Virus record (IMG/VR): IMGVR_UViG_3300045988_183127
Strand: one strand, 5' to 3'
Origin: a virus
DNA: 64,000 bases
Under the pieces are notes generated by a model. That model saw nothing but the letters and a program-made list of their open reading frames with translations, was not told the origin of the DNA and made no database searches. Shown in pieces: positions 18,933 to 28,055 of the stretch. Numbering within the stretch: the first letter of the stretch is position 1; the number at the start of each line of letters is the position of its first letter. The position numbers and the translations under genes are program-made.

Positions 18933-20726
18933 AGGCATACTTACTCTTTCTGGATTTAAGAATCGTTCAAAAATCAGATTATACTTAAATGGATCAATTC
19001 CGGTAATACCAAGTAAATATGTAACCAATGAACCGGCACCTGAACCTCTTCCAATGCCTATTCCAATTCCGGTATTATAATTGTGAGCCTTAACATACTC
19101 TTTTGCACCTTCAATTGTTAAAGGTACTTCTGATAGTTTATCCATAGGTACTAATCCACAAATTCTTCCATATTCCAAGAAGTCCTTTACAATTAAATGA
19201 TAATCGGCAAAGCCCATCTGAATGATAATATTAAGTTCGTATTCCATTCGTTTCTGATGTTCTTCATCCCATCCTTTTCCGTTAGGATATCTCCAATTAA
19301 TTCCCTTAATTGCTTCAGATCTTAATAATTCGTTTGAGTCCTTATTCTTATCAAATACTGGATAATGATTAGATTTTTCTGGAATATAAGCACATCTTTT
19401 CCCAATTACATTTAAGTTATTAAGTGCTTCTGCAACCTGATCATCTGTTAATATAGCTGATAAAGCCTGAGCAAGTTCGTAAGGTGTCTTTACATATAAT
19501 TCTTTATCTGATTCCGACTCACTTATCTTAATAAATCTTAAAAATTTAGCTACATTACGCATATCAATACTTCTATCAGAATTATCTGCCATATGTGCAT
19601 CATTAGCAGCAACTAATGGGATATTATGCTTCCTTGCTAACTGAGCTAACACAGGATATGTCCTGCTTTCCATTTCAAGTCCATGATTCTGAACTTCAAT
19701 GTAATAATTACCTGCTCCAAAAATTTCCTGATAAAAAAGCATTGTCTTTTCTGCTTCAGACATTAATTCTATTGGACTTTTCTTTAATGATTCATAATGC
19801 TGTATCTTATTTTCATGATTAATGTATTCCTCTACCTTAAGACTTATATCCTTTAACTCGGCTTTCTTAGCATTAACTAATTTTCTGACATTAGGAATTT
19901 TATCTTTAGCTTCCAGAATTTTATTATTTATCTCCTCATATTCATTAATCAGTTTAATAAGCTCTGGATCATCATCATTTAAACACTTCCTTGCATCTCT
20001 TAATTTTCTTGAGATCTGTGTCCTTTCTGATTTAAGTTCCTTGGAATCACGAATATTAATCAATTCATCTAAATCTGCCGATACCCTTTCAAATTCATCT
20101 TTAGCTGAAAGATATTCTTTATCATCAGGACTTATACAATCACGTATCACTAGCTCGTCTTTTTCAGTAGTATGCTGCTGTGCTTTTCTTTCTCTGTTAA
20201 TCATTTTATCCAAAACATCATCTGATAATAATTGCAGAGCTGGTGCACCCGAAACGCAAGCAGAAGTTGCTATTATATCACCGTTAAAGTTATATTTCTT
20301 TAAATCTGATATTGTAATAACAGGCTTTCCCATTCTTTTTTCAGAAGCCTTAGAATTTAACTTATCAATAATATGCTTGCCTCTTTCTGAAGTGGCTAAC
20401 ATAATAATATGGCCAATCTGTTCATTTATCTTAAATGGTGGCACTTCAATATAAGCCTCTACGCCATAAATGATATTAAATGGATGTTCCTCAGTACTTA
20501 TTTTCTTAGCGTAATCAATACATGTTTGCATTGCTGAAAATGATGCATGGTCCGTAACAGCAAATTTAGTATATCCTGCATTAAATGCAGCATCTAAATA
20601 ACTTTTAGGTTCATCTACGGCATCAAACAAAGAGCCTCCTGGATGGTTATGTTCACACACTGTAACTCCTGATTCAATAACCTTTTTTGTTAATTCTCCA
20701 ATTTTTACATGTTCAAACATTGACAT
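18933..20726 (-). CDS. DnaE-like polymerase N-terminal gene, exon 1 (PHP domain, palm)
   Basis: ends [40 protein letters not shown]; track ORF then reads 14 intron codons ([15 protein letters not shown]) to a stop. Confidence 0.8.
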
Positions 20727-20837
20727 TAAATTTCCTCCTTTATAAATTTTATAATTAATACATGACAGAAAAAATACACCAGTTGACTAATCTCAACTGG
20801 TGTATAAATACACATTATTTAATTGTTAATTATTTTA

Positions 20838-21989
20838 TTATTCTACCTTAACAACGTCTCCTCTATCTGATGTTTCAGTAATAACAATATACTTGATTTC
20901 CATATTGTCGTTTGCAAGAGCAATTCTTGTTACATTATCTTCCTTACTTGTATCGACAATCCAATCATATCCTTCAACTGCAGACATTATCTTTGAATCA
21001 GTAATGATTTTATCAACATACTCTCCAATCATAATTCTGTCTTCAAGTCTGATAAAATCAGCACTATTCCAACCAATTGAAACAGATTTAATATGTGAAG
21101 GGATATTAATGCTATTGAGCCTCATTAATGTACCACCATTAAGAGCAATCATTTCTGCTTTAATATGATCCATTTCGATTAATTCCTTAGTATTAGTAAT
21201 TGTATCTAAATGATAATCACAATTATTGCATTCATCATAATCTCCACAATCATTTTCGCAGTCATAACCACAATCACAATCAGGATTATAATAATTATTA
21301 TCACATACCTGCTCTGTATATTCAATGACCCATGTAGGTACATTCATTGAATTTCTTACAGTAATGACATTATTTATTGGTGCGTCAAGCATTAAATAAC
21401 TTGAAATATAATTCTTTGCACCATCATAAACGATAATTTCAGCATTATCAAAATATTCAGCGAAAATATCTTTTCCATTAAAATCCTTCTTTGTTTCAAA
21501 GTGTGTATAGGAAGTCTTTAGTATCACATATTTGTCACATACACCTATAACTTCCGGCATTGGAATTGAAACTGGAATAAGTTTCTTAAACTTATCCTCA
21601 TCCGGCTTATAAGCAAATAAATCAATATAATCATCATGTTCTGTTGTGTTTTCTCTAGGCAATACAGATAATAAAAGCTTACCTGGAACAGATGTAACGA
21701 TACTCTTAATTACCAGTGAACCCTGCTGTGTAGCAGCAACACCATCCTTGAGTAAAATTCCGTCTTCAACTGAATATCCATCTGGAATATCTGGGACATT
21801 AGGATTGCTGATAAGTCTAAAAGCAATTGCGTTAGATGATGATATCATAACAGATATATCCTCGTTTACTTCACCATTTTCTAAAAGACAAGCCGTTCCT
21901 ACGCCATCGGTAACAGATGTAATTAAATACTGTCTGTTGTCAACCTTGTTTAATACTGTTACATTTTCTAAAATTTTGTTTTCTCTCAT
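20838..21989 (-). CDS. hypothetical protein, paralog A, with Cys/Asp-rich insert
   Basis: N-terminus ENVTVLNKVDNRQYL and C-terminus TRIALANDNMEIKYIVITETSDRGDVVKVE match 22122..23171; insert CDNNYYNPDCDCGYDCENDCGDYDECNNCDYH. Confidence 0.5.
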   Translation of the reverse strand: MRENKILENVTVLNKVDNRQYLITSVTDGVGTACLLENGEVNEDISVMISSSNAIAFRLISNPNVPDIPDGYSVEDGILLKDGVAATQQGSLVIKSIVTSVPGKLLLSVLPRENTTEHDDYIDLFAYKPDEDKFKKLIPVSIPMPEVIGVCDKYVILKTSYTHFETKKDFNGKDIFAEYFDNAEIIVYDGAKNYISSYLMLDAPINNVITVRNSMNVPTWVIEYTEQVCDNNYYNPDCDCGYDCENDCGDYDECNNCDYHLDTITNTKELIEMDHIKAEMIALNGGTLMRLNSINIPSHIKSVSIGWNSADFIRLEDRIMIGEYVDKIITDSKIMSAVEGYDWIVDTSKEDNVTRIALANDNMEIKYIVITETSDRGDVVKVE

Positions 21990-22121
21990 AATGAAAAATC
22001 TCCTTTTTTTATTTTATTCAAATAAAATATGACAGAAAAATTAAAACAAAATAGGATTAAAGCATATACATGCCTTAACCCTACTTTTTAAATTAATTAT
22101 AGAGAATTCTGTTAATATCAA

Positions 22122-23171
22122 TTACTCTATGGTTATGATGTCTCCTCTATCTCTTGTTTCAGAAATCACAAGAGTCTTTATCTCCATAGTATTTGTATTA
22201 GCAAGAGAAATTCTTGTAACATGATCCTTAGATGTAATATCAACAATCATATTGTAACCTGCAAGCTCAGCAACTATCTTATCTGGGATCTTATATGTGA
22301 TATCATTAATATACCACTTGCCTGAAGAAGCTTTAATCAGGCTTGCATTATATCCCTTTGAAATTGATTCTGGCACACTGTCAATTGCTGTTGTCTTATA
22401 AAGACTTAATGAATGGCCTTCAGAAGCAACAAATCTTAATGTAATATAATCATCTTCCTTAATAACTCCATCAGAATCGACTACTGTATCTGCTTCAATT
22501 GCGAAAATTGTTTCATTAGGTGCCTTAACAGAATCTACAGCCTTAATTGGCTCCGCAAAAGAAACATGATCAACAACTGCATCAGACATTACATCATATA
22601 ACATGATTGCTGCAGCATCAAAAATATTATCTGTTTCAATAGTTCCATCTTCAAGCTTCTTATCCTTAGTATAAGTTCTTGAATATGTTATATATAACTG
22701 CATCTTATTCTCAGAAGAAGCAATGATTGTAACTTCTGGAATAGATCTTCTGATAAGCTTATTAAACTTATCTGACTCAACTGTATATGACATAATATCG
22801 AAATAACCTTCTCTTGGTTCTCTTGGTTCAACAGATAAAATAAGTCTTCCTGCAACACCTACAATAATACTATTAATTACAAGTGAACCCTGTTCTGTAG
22901 CAGGGACTCCATTCTTAAGCAAAATTCCGTTTTCTACAGTATATCCAGTTGGAACATCTGGAATATTAGGATCATCAATCAGCTTGTAAGCTATTGCATT
23001 ATTAGCTGTAATTACTGCAGTAACCGAATCATCAAGTGAACCATCCTCCTTGATTAACTTGGCTGTTCCTTTAATGGAATCACCCGAACCATCAACATTA
23101 ATTACCTGGTAATTCTTACGGTCTACCTTGTTTAATACTGTTACATTAGTCTTAATCTTGTTTATTCTCAT
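22122..23171 (-). CDS. hypothetical protein, paralog B
   Basis: TNVTVLNKVDRKNYQ ... TRISLANTNTMEIKTLVISETRDRGDIITIE; own box at 22028. Confidence 0.5.
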   Translation of the reverse strand: MRINKIKTNVTVLNKVDRKNYQVINVDGSGDSIKGTAKLIKEDGSLDDSVTAVITANNAIAYKLIDDPNIPDVPTGYTVENGILLKNGVPATEQGSLVINSIIVGVAGRLILSVEPREPREGYFDIMSYTVESDKFNKLIRRSIPEVTIIASSENKMQLYITYSRTYTKDKKLEDGTIETDNIFDAAAIMLYDVMSDAVVDHVSFAEPIKAVDSVKAPNETIFAIEADTVVDSDGVIKEDDYITLRFVASEGHSLSLYKTTAIDSVPESISKGYNASLIKASSGKWYINDITYKIPDKIVAELAGYNMIVDITSKDHVTRISLANTNTMEIKTLVISETRDRGDIITIE

Positions 23172-23281
23172 GATTAAGTCCTCCTTTTATTTTTTATTTA
23201 ATACAAATTACATATGACAGAAAAATAAAAATAAACAAAAAATAGGACTTGTTTTTTTGTAAATCCTATTTTTATTAATTA

Positions 23282-23899
23282 TTAAAATTTATTTAAATTA
23301 ATTGATTGCTGATATTTACTTCTTTTATCATTTATTTTATATGATTTTTGCTTTTCTGTATCATACTTTTTTGCCAAAGAATCTACATATTCATCAAAAT
23401 CAGTTCTTAAATTCTGAGAATTATTATTAGCATAATCAGCTTTTTCTAATTCTTCATTTACAAGATCTGATAGTGATGTCTTAAGAACATGCTCCATTTT
23501 TTCCTTTTCAGTTTTTCTTTTTTCATTATTCTTACGAATTATATTACCGATAACTATTATCGCAATAACAATAACTATAAAAATACCTATACAAATTAAT
23601 ATACCCTTAATCGGAATATTAGTTAAAACATCTGATATGCTATTTCCAATATTTTCTGTAGCTTCTGTAGTACTTTCCGAATCTGTTTGTGAAGTATTAT
23701 ATTCGGTTCTTAAAATTGAAATTAAAATAGAAAATATATATCTTGAAAAAATCAAGATTGTCCCCACTATACAGTTACCAACTCCAATAGATACTCCTGA
23801 CTCATCATCATTTAAAACTGATCCAAGTATATTAGAAAAACCTGTAGCAACAATGATAACCCCTAAGCAGCCTAAACATGTGCTTATTACATTTAACAT
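23282..23899 (-). CDS. hypothetical membrane protein
   Basis: 205-aa, two TM segments, charged C-terminal half. Confidence 0.45.
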   Translation of the reverse strand: MLNVISTCLGCLGVIIVATGFSNILGSVLNDDESGVSIGVGNCIVGTILIFSRYIFSILISILRTEYNTSQTDSESTTEATENIGNSISDVLTNIPIKGILICIGIFIVIVIAIIVIGNIIRKNNEKRKTEKEKMEHVLKTSLSDLVNEELEKADYANNNSQNLRTDFDEYVDSLAKKYDTEKQKSYKINDKRSKYQQSINLNKF

Positions 23900-24162
23900 A
23901 AAAACTCCTTACATTTAAATATACTCTAAAACTATAATTTAAAAATTAACTTAGAGTTTTAAAATAGCATTTTTAATACTTCAATATCATCATATACAAA
24001 TAAACATCGACTGAAATCCCATCTTCAGATATTTCACTGGCAACGGCATGTATTCCATCGATGAGCGTCTTATTTACTTCATTTTATTGCTCAAAATACC
24101 AGCTATAGTCATATGCCTTTATTATCAATTAACACTATCCCAAACACATTACACATCAATTA

Positions 24163-24330
24163 TTATTCATTTGCATAGTTCTCTACTGCAGCTTCTGTCT
24201 GCTGTGTTTCAACATTCGTATTCTTAGCTGTATTTATAACACTATAGCCTACCACAAACATTATTGTACTAATCCAAATAACAGCTATAATAACAACATA
24301 AATACCATAATCATGCAAAAAATCTAACAT
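24163..24330 (-). CDS. small membrane peptide (55 aa)
   Basis: SD AAGGGGGA then ATG; MLDFLHDYGIYVVIIAVIWISTIMFVVGYSVINTAKNTNVETQQTEAAVENYANE. Confidence 0.3.
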   Translation of the reverse strand: MLDFLHDYGIYVVIIAVIWISTIMFVVGYSVINTAKNTNVETQQTEAAVENYANE

Positions 24331-24478
24331 AACCTGTCCCCCTTTATTTTATTTCTTTTTCTCTAATCTTTATTATTAAAATCCTGCCTTTTACAGGTAA
24401 GCAATATGCTTAGGTTGAGTTTCACTATTTACTTTTATTGAAAAACAATAAAGGAAAATGTTAAAGCTGAATAATAAA

Positions 24479-24592
24479 TTATTCTGCCTTATTATTTTTC
24501 TTCTTGTTTTCTTCCTTTTCCTTTAAAAGACTATTCTCCATCTTTACAAAAATTGATTTCTTCTTGCCAAAAGGCTTTGCTGTAATTCCCAT
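24479..24592 (-). CDS. small lysine-rich peptide (37 aa)
   Basis: SD AAAGGA then ATG; MGITAKPFGKKKSIFVKMENSLLKEKEENKKKNNKAE; box variant 49 nt upstream. Confidence 0.3.
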   Translation of the reverse strand: MGITAKPFGKKKSIFVKMENSLLKEKEENKKKNNKAE

Positions 24593-24714
24593 TTGTTAAA
24601 TCCTTTCTTAATTAAAATATTTTTTAAAGACATTTAATATATGACAGATTTAATTACTCATTTTTTTACATAAAAAAAAAGAGGTGTTTTTTGCCACCTC
24701 TTTTTTAAAATAAT

Positions 24715-25278
24715 TCAAAAATATCTCGAATAAAATAAATCAATCTGATGATACAAATATTGCAAATCCTTATCGTTAGTTATTAAAAAATCATATTCTT
24801 TTGAATTTTTATATGCATCAAATTCCTCTCTTTCACTCTCTAAGCGTATTCGCAAAGTATCAGGATTATCTCCTCTTAGAAGTCCTCTTTTAATTATTTT
24901 ATCCTCAGCCAAATCAACATATACGCAAATTAAATTAAACAAATTATGCTTATTATGCTCTTTTAACCATTTAACGCCATCTGGATTTATAATGTATACA
25001 CATGTATTTGATGGCAAAGCTTCTAATGCAGCACAATATTCTATTCCAGTTTTATTATTTTTTGTATAAGCTATGATTGTTTTTTCTTTTAAAACATTGC
25101 TCATTTCTTCCTTTGAAATAAATATATGTTCTACACCATTTGTCTCATATTCTCTTTTTGGTCTGGTTGTCATTGAAACAACTGAAGGAATTCCATATTT
25201 TTCATTTAATACTTTTGCGACTGTATCTTTGCCACTTGATGTCTTTCCTATAACTGCAATTATTGTCTTTTTATCCAT
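24715..25278 (-). CDS. P-loop kinase, probably phage-type dNMP kinase
   Basis: P-loop IIAVIGKTSSGKDTVAKVL (GKxxSGKDT as in T4 gp1-like dNMP kinases); 187 aa. Confidence 0.5.
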   Translation of the reverse strand: MDKKTIIAVIGKTSSGKDTVAKVLNEKYGIPSVVSMTTRPKREYETNGVEHIFISKEEMSNVLKEKTIIAYTKNNKTGIEYCAALEALPSNTCVYIINPDGVKWLKEHNKHNLFNLICVYVDLAEDKIIKRGLLRGDNPDTLRIRLESEREEFDAYKNSKEYDFLITNDKDLQYLYHQIDLFYSRYF

Positions 25279-25293
25279 ATTAAAAATCTCCTA

Positions 25294-25350
25294 ATGAACT
25301 ACTCACAACCGACATTAGTCGGATGGAGTTTTCTTGCAATTCTTCGATAA
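25294..25350 (-). repeat. copy c1 of 57-bp 5-prime UTR repeat family
   Basis: gene strand TTATCGAAGAATTGCAAGAAAACTCCATCCGACTAATGTCGGTTGTGAGTAGTTCAT, ends 8 nt before the SD of the kinase gene. Confidence 0.6.
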
Positions 25351-25500
25351 CTAATGCCATAAGCAATTATATAATTCATCAATGCGATTCTGGCATCTGT
25401 CAGCTTCTAATTCATTACCGGATTCTGAATACTGGTCCCTTTTAATTTCCCAATTTTGAATTTCTTTTTTTATTCTTGTATATTTACCATTTTCTTTCAT
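25351..25500 (-). CDS. small hypothetical protein (49 aa)
   Basis: SD GGAG then ATG 25500; MKENGKYTRIKKEIQNWEIKRDQYSESGNELEADRCQNRIDELYNCLWH; box 37 nt upstream. Confidence 0.3.
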   Translation of the reverse strand: MKENGKYTRIKKEIQNWEIKRDQYSESGNELEADRCQNRIDELYNCLWH

Positions 25501-25597
25501 ATATTAACTCCTTTTATCTTAAAATTTATTAAATATATGACAGAAAAAAAGTCCCATTTAATTAAATGGGACTAAAAATTATTTTTATGAATTAATG

Positions 25598-25891
25598 CTA
25601 TTTATCATCCATATTTTCATTAATATTATCAATATTAATGACATCATTTTTATCAGCTATTATTATATAAGATGATATTATTTTTGCAATAAATAAAGCG
25701 TTAACTACAATTAAAATAACTCCTGGGATTATGTTATTAAAGTGCTTAATAACATCAAAAGCAATATCAGGAATGAACATAAAAGCTTCAATTATACAAG
25801 AAAATATTACACTATCTATTCCTTTTCTTATGCCTACTATATATTTATCCATGATGTTCTCCTTTTCTTTCCATACTAAATTACTGCACAT
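25598..25891 (-). CDS. small membrane protein
   Basis: 97-aa ORF with two TM helices. Confidence 0.4.
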   Translation of the reverse strand: MCSNLVWKEKENIMDKYIVGIRKGIDSVIFSCIIEAFMFIPDIAFDVIKHFNNIIPGVILIVVNALFIAKIISSYIIIADKNDVINIDNINENMDDK

Positions 25892-26772
25892 TGCAAATTT
25901 AACCGGTTTATTATACTTACTACATGCTCCTTACATTTTTCAATTAAAATACATTTTCTTTTTTTATTAAGACATGCTTCTCCTGTAACACCACTACCCG
26001 CAAATTGATCTAAAACTAATTCACCAGGTAAAGTAAAATATTCTAACAACTGTTCAAATAAAGCAACTGGTTTTTCTGTCTGGACATTCTTTAATTTATT
26101 AGGAATGGCCTGCACATTAAATTCAGTAGGCAGCATTCCATTAGCTCCACTCATAAATCTGGTAGGTACTCCATTTATAACGCCTCTTTGCTTATCTGGT
26201 CTTAATGCTCTTGGCTTACCTTTACTAAAAATCATTATGTCTTCTGTATTTTTAGCTTTTCTGCCTGTATTACTTACAAATGTACCTTTTTTCCATGCAA
26301 CTTTTGCATAATACTTAAACCCTGCCTGTTCTGCCATCTTCTTAATCTCATACAAATAATCAAAATTATTTTCATTTTCTGCAGGTAAAATTTCTACTAA
26401 GAAACTGCCTTCCTTTAATACCCTAGCTTTTTCCATAAAATCTGATAAGGTATATTTAAAACAATCATACTGGGCTAAATGTCTTGTACCACCATTATTA
26501 GATTTCTTATCATCCCATGGATGATCAGTAATTATGCAATCCATAGATTCACTTTCAAAAACAGATAAATCTCTTCCATCGCCTTCAATAAGAACTACAT
26601 CATCTGTTACATATAGTCCTTTTGATAGTTTCTTAAATTCTTTACCTAAATTTTCATAAATTCTTGCTCTGACTGACTCTTTTTGATATGAAAGATTGAC
26701 AGCATATGCTTCTTTTAATGTAAACTGCTTTCCTGGTTTAAAAGCCGCTAACAGATTTGATAAAATACTCAT
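25876..26772 (-). CDS. DNA methyltransferase (amino-MTase, beta-class order)
   Basis: catalytic-type tetrad TDHPW (DPPY variant) precedes AdoMet motif LVLDQFAGSGVTGEA; 298 aa. Confidence 0.65.
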   Translation of the reverse strand: MSILSNLLAAFKPGKQFTLKEAYAVNLSYQKESVRARIYENLGKEFKKLSKGLYVTDDVVLIEGDGRDLSVFESESMDCIITDHPWDDKKSNNGGTRHLAQYDCFKYTLSDFMEKARVLKEGSFLVEILPAENENNFDYLYEIKKMAEQAGFKYYAKVAWKKGTFVSNTGRKAKNTEDIMIFSKGKPRALRPDKQRGVINGVPTRFMSGANGMLPTEFNVQAIPNKLKNVQTEKPVALFEQLLEYFTLPGELVLDQFAGSGVTGEACLNKKRKCILIEKCKEHVVSIINRLNLQCAVI

Positions 26773-26785
26773 AATATATTCTCCT

Positions 26786-27670
26786 TTATTTTGTTTGATA
26801 AAGAAGATATGACAGAAAATTATTTACATTAGAATTTAAATTGTTATTTCTTATTACTAAAATATTTCTGATAACAATTATGAAAAATATAATGCTCATT
26901 ATGATCAGACAAATATTTTGTAACATAACAGGCATAAAAGAGTACAATACACTACTTGCATTAACTCCAATATGAATTAAAATAGAGGGCAATAAATTAT
27001 CTGTTTTTATATATACATAGGCTAATATAATACCGAAAATAAATGCATAAGTGCTTTGAATAATATTAAAATGCACTAATCCAAAAACGAAAGCTGATAT
27101 ATAAATTGAGCTTACATCTGGTTTCTTAAAGAATTTGTTTTGCTTTATTATTTTTGTAATACCGTATCTAAATATTAATTCTTCAACAACTGGCGTAATA
27201 ACACCTGTTATTAAGAGTACTTGAAGCCAATTTCCGGTTACAGCAACATTCATTAAAGAATTATATGAGTTAGAAACTAAATTATTAGGTAAGGAATCTA
27301 TTACCACAGAAGCTAAAAAATTCATAATAATGCCTGTTAAAATAAATGTCTTGACATCTTTTAATGATAATTTTGAAATAAATATGATTGATTTATTAAC
27401 TTTATATTCTTTAAGCACAACAAACCCAAGTATTATAATGTCAGAAACAAATAATGCAGGCATAATTAATTTACTAAGCATACTAAGATAACTATATGAA
27501 AGTAAATTACCTGTTTCTATATATACATATAAATTATCATACCATTGTGAATCAGAAAACAATTTAAAAATAAATACACCCAATGTACATACAGTCTGAG
27601 TAATAAGAAAAGCAAATATTATTCCAATAATCTTTGTAATTTGTTTAATCATTATTTTGTTGACCTCCAT
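26786..27670 (-). CDS. CPBP (CAAX/Abi) family intramembrane metalloprotease, second copy
   Basis: multi-TM; EELIFRYG, FGLVHFNI, HIGVNAS. Confidence 0.7.
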   Translation of the reverse strand: MEVNKIMIKQITKIIGIIFAFLITQTVCTLGVFIFKLFSDSQWYDNLYVYIETGNLLSYSYLSMLSKLIMPALFVSDIIILGFVVLKEYKVNKSIIFISKLSLKDVKTFILTGIIMNFLASVVIDSLPNNLVSNSYNSLMNVAVTGNWLQVLLITGVITPVVEELIFRYGITKIIKQNKFFKKPDVSSIYISAFVFGLVHFNIIQSTYAFIFGIILAYVYIKTDNLLPSILIHIGVNASSVLYSFMPVMLQNICLIIMSIIFFIIVIRNILVIRNNNLNSNVNNFLSYLLYQTK

Positions 27671-27939
27671 TTTGCCTTATTTTTATTTTGATATGATTTT
27701 TCAATTTCCAAATGGTCTTTTATTTGCTGCATACAATCTTCTAATGAAGCTTTTGTTTTTGCTGTATTAATATCCTTTTGTGTTATTTGTTTTACATGCT
27801 CTTTAGCTAAATTTTCATCCGAATAATAAGTTTGTGTTGATTCACTATATTTTATTACCGCAATATTCTTTTCTTCATTTCTTGTATTAAAAGCTTTGTT
27901 TAATTGTATTGCAATATTAAATTTTTGATTCAAGTCCAT
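27652..27939 (-). CDS. hypothetical protein
   Basis: 95-aa ORF; box variant ATGACGGAG 40 nt upstream. Confidence 0.4.
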   Translation of the reverse strand: MDLNQKFNIAIQLNKAFNTRNEEKNIAVIKYSESTQTYYSDENLAKEHVKQITQKDINTAKTKASLEDCMQQIKDHLEIEKSYQNKNKAKWRSTK

Positions 27940-28055
27940 TATTATAATTCCTTCCTAAAAAAAGTTTATATATATTAATATGACGGAGTGAAACAAAAAA
28001 AATAGCAGGAATTAACCTGCTATTTTTTATTATATTCAATTGTATTAAATATTGA

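Noticed and set aside
24000-24075. GC-richer island with CATCGA...TCGATG and CTGAA...TTCAG inverted repeats, examined as possible tRNA or remnant gene
   Set aside because: It cannot be folded into a cloverleaf with a T-loop consensus. The only reading frame (…LIDGIHAVASEISEDGISVDVYLYMMILKY) lacks a start codon and recognisable homology. It is left as unexplained.
25294-25350. Tiny plus-strand ORF inside the 57-bp repeat (MNYSQPTLVGWSFLAILR, conserved in 4 copies)
   Set aside because: There is no SD on the plus strand, and the c5 copy lacks the ATG. Conservation is at nucleotide level including non-coding flanks. The pattern is better explained as an RNA or DNA element on the gene strand.
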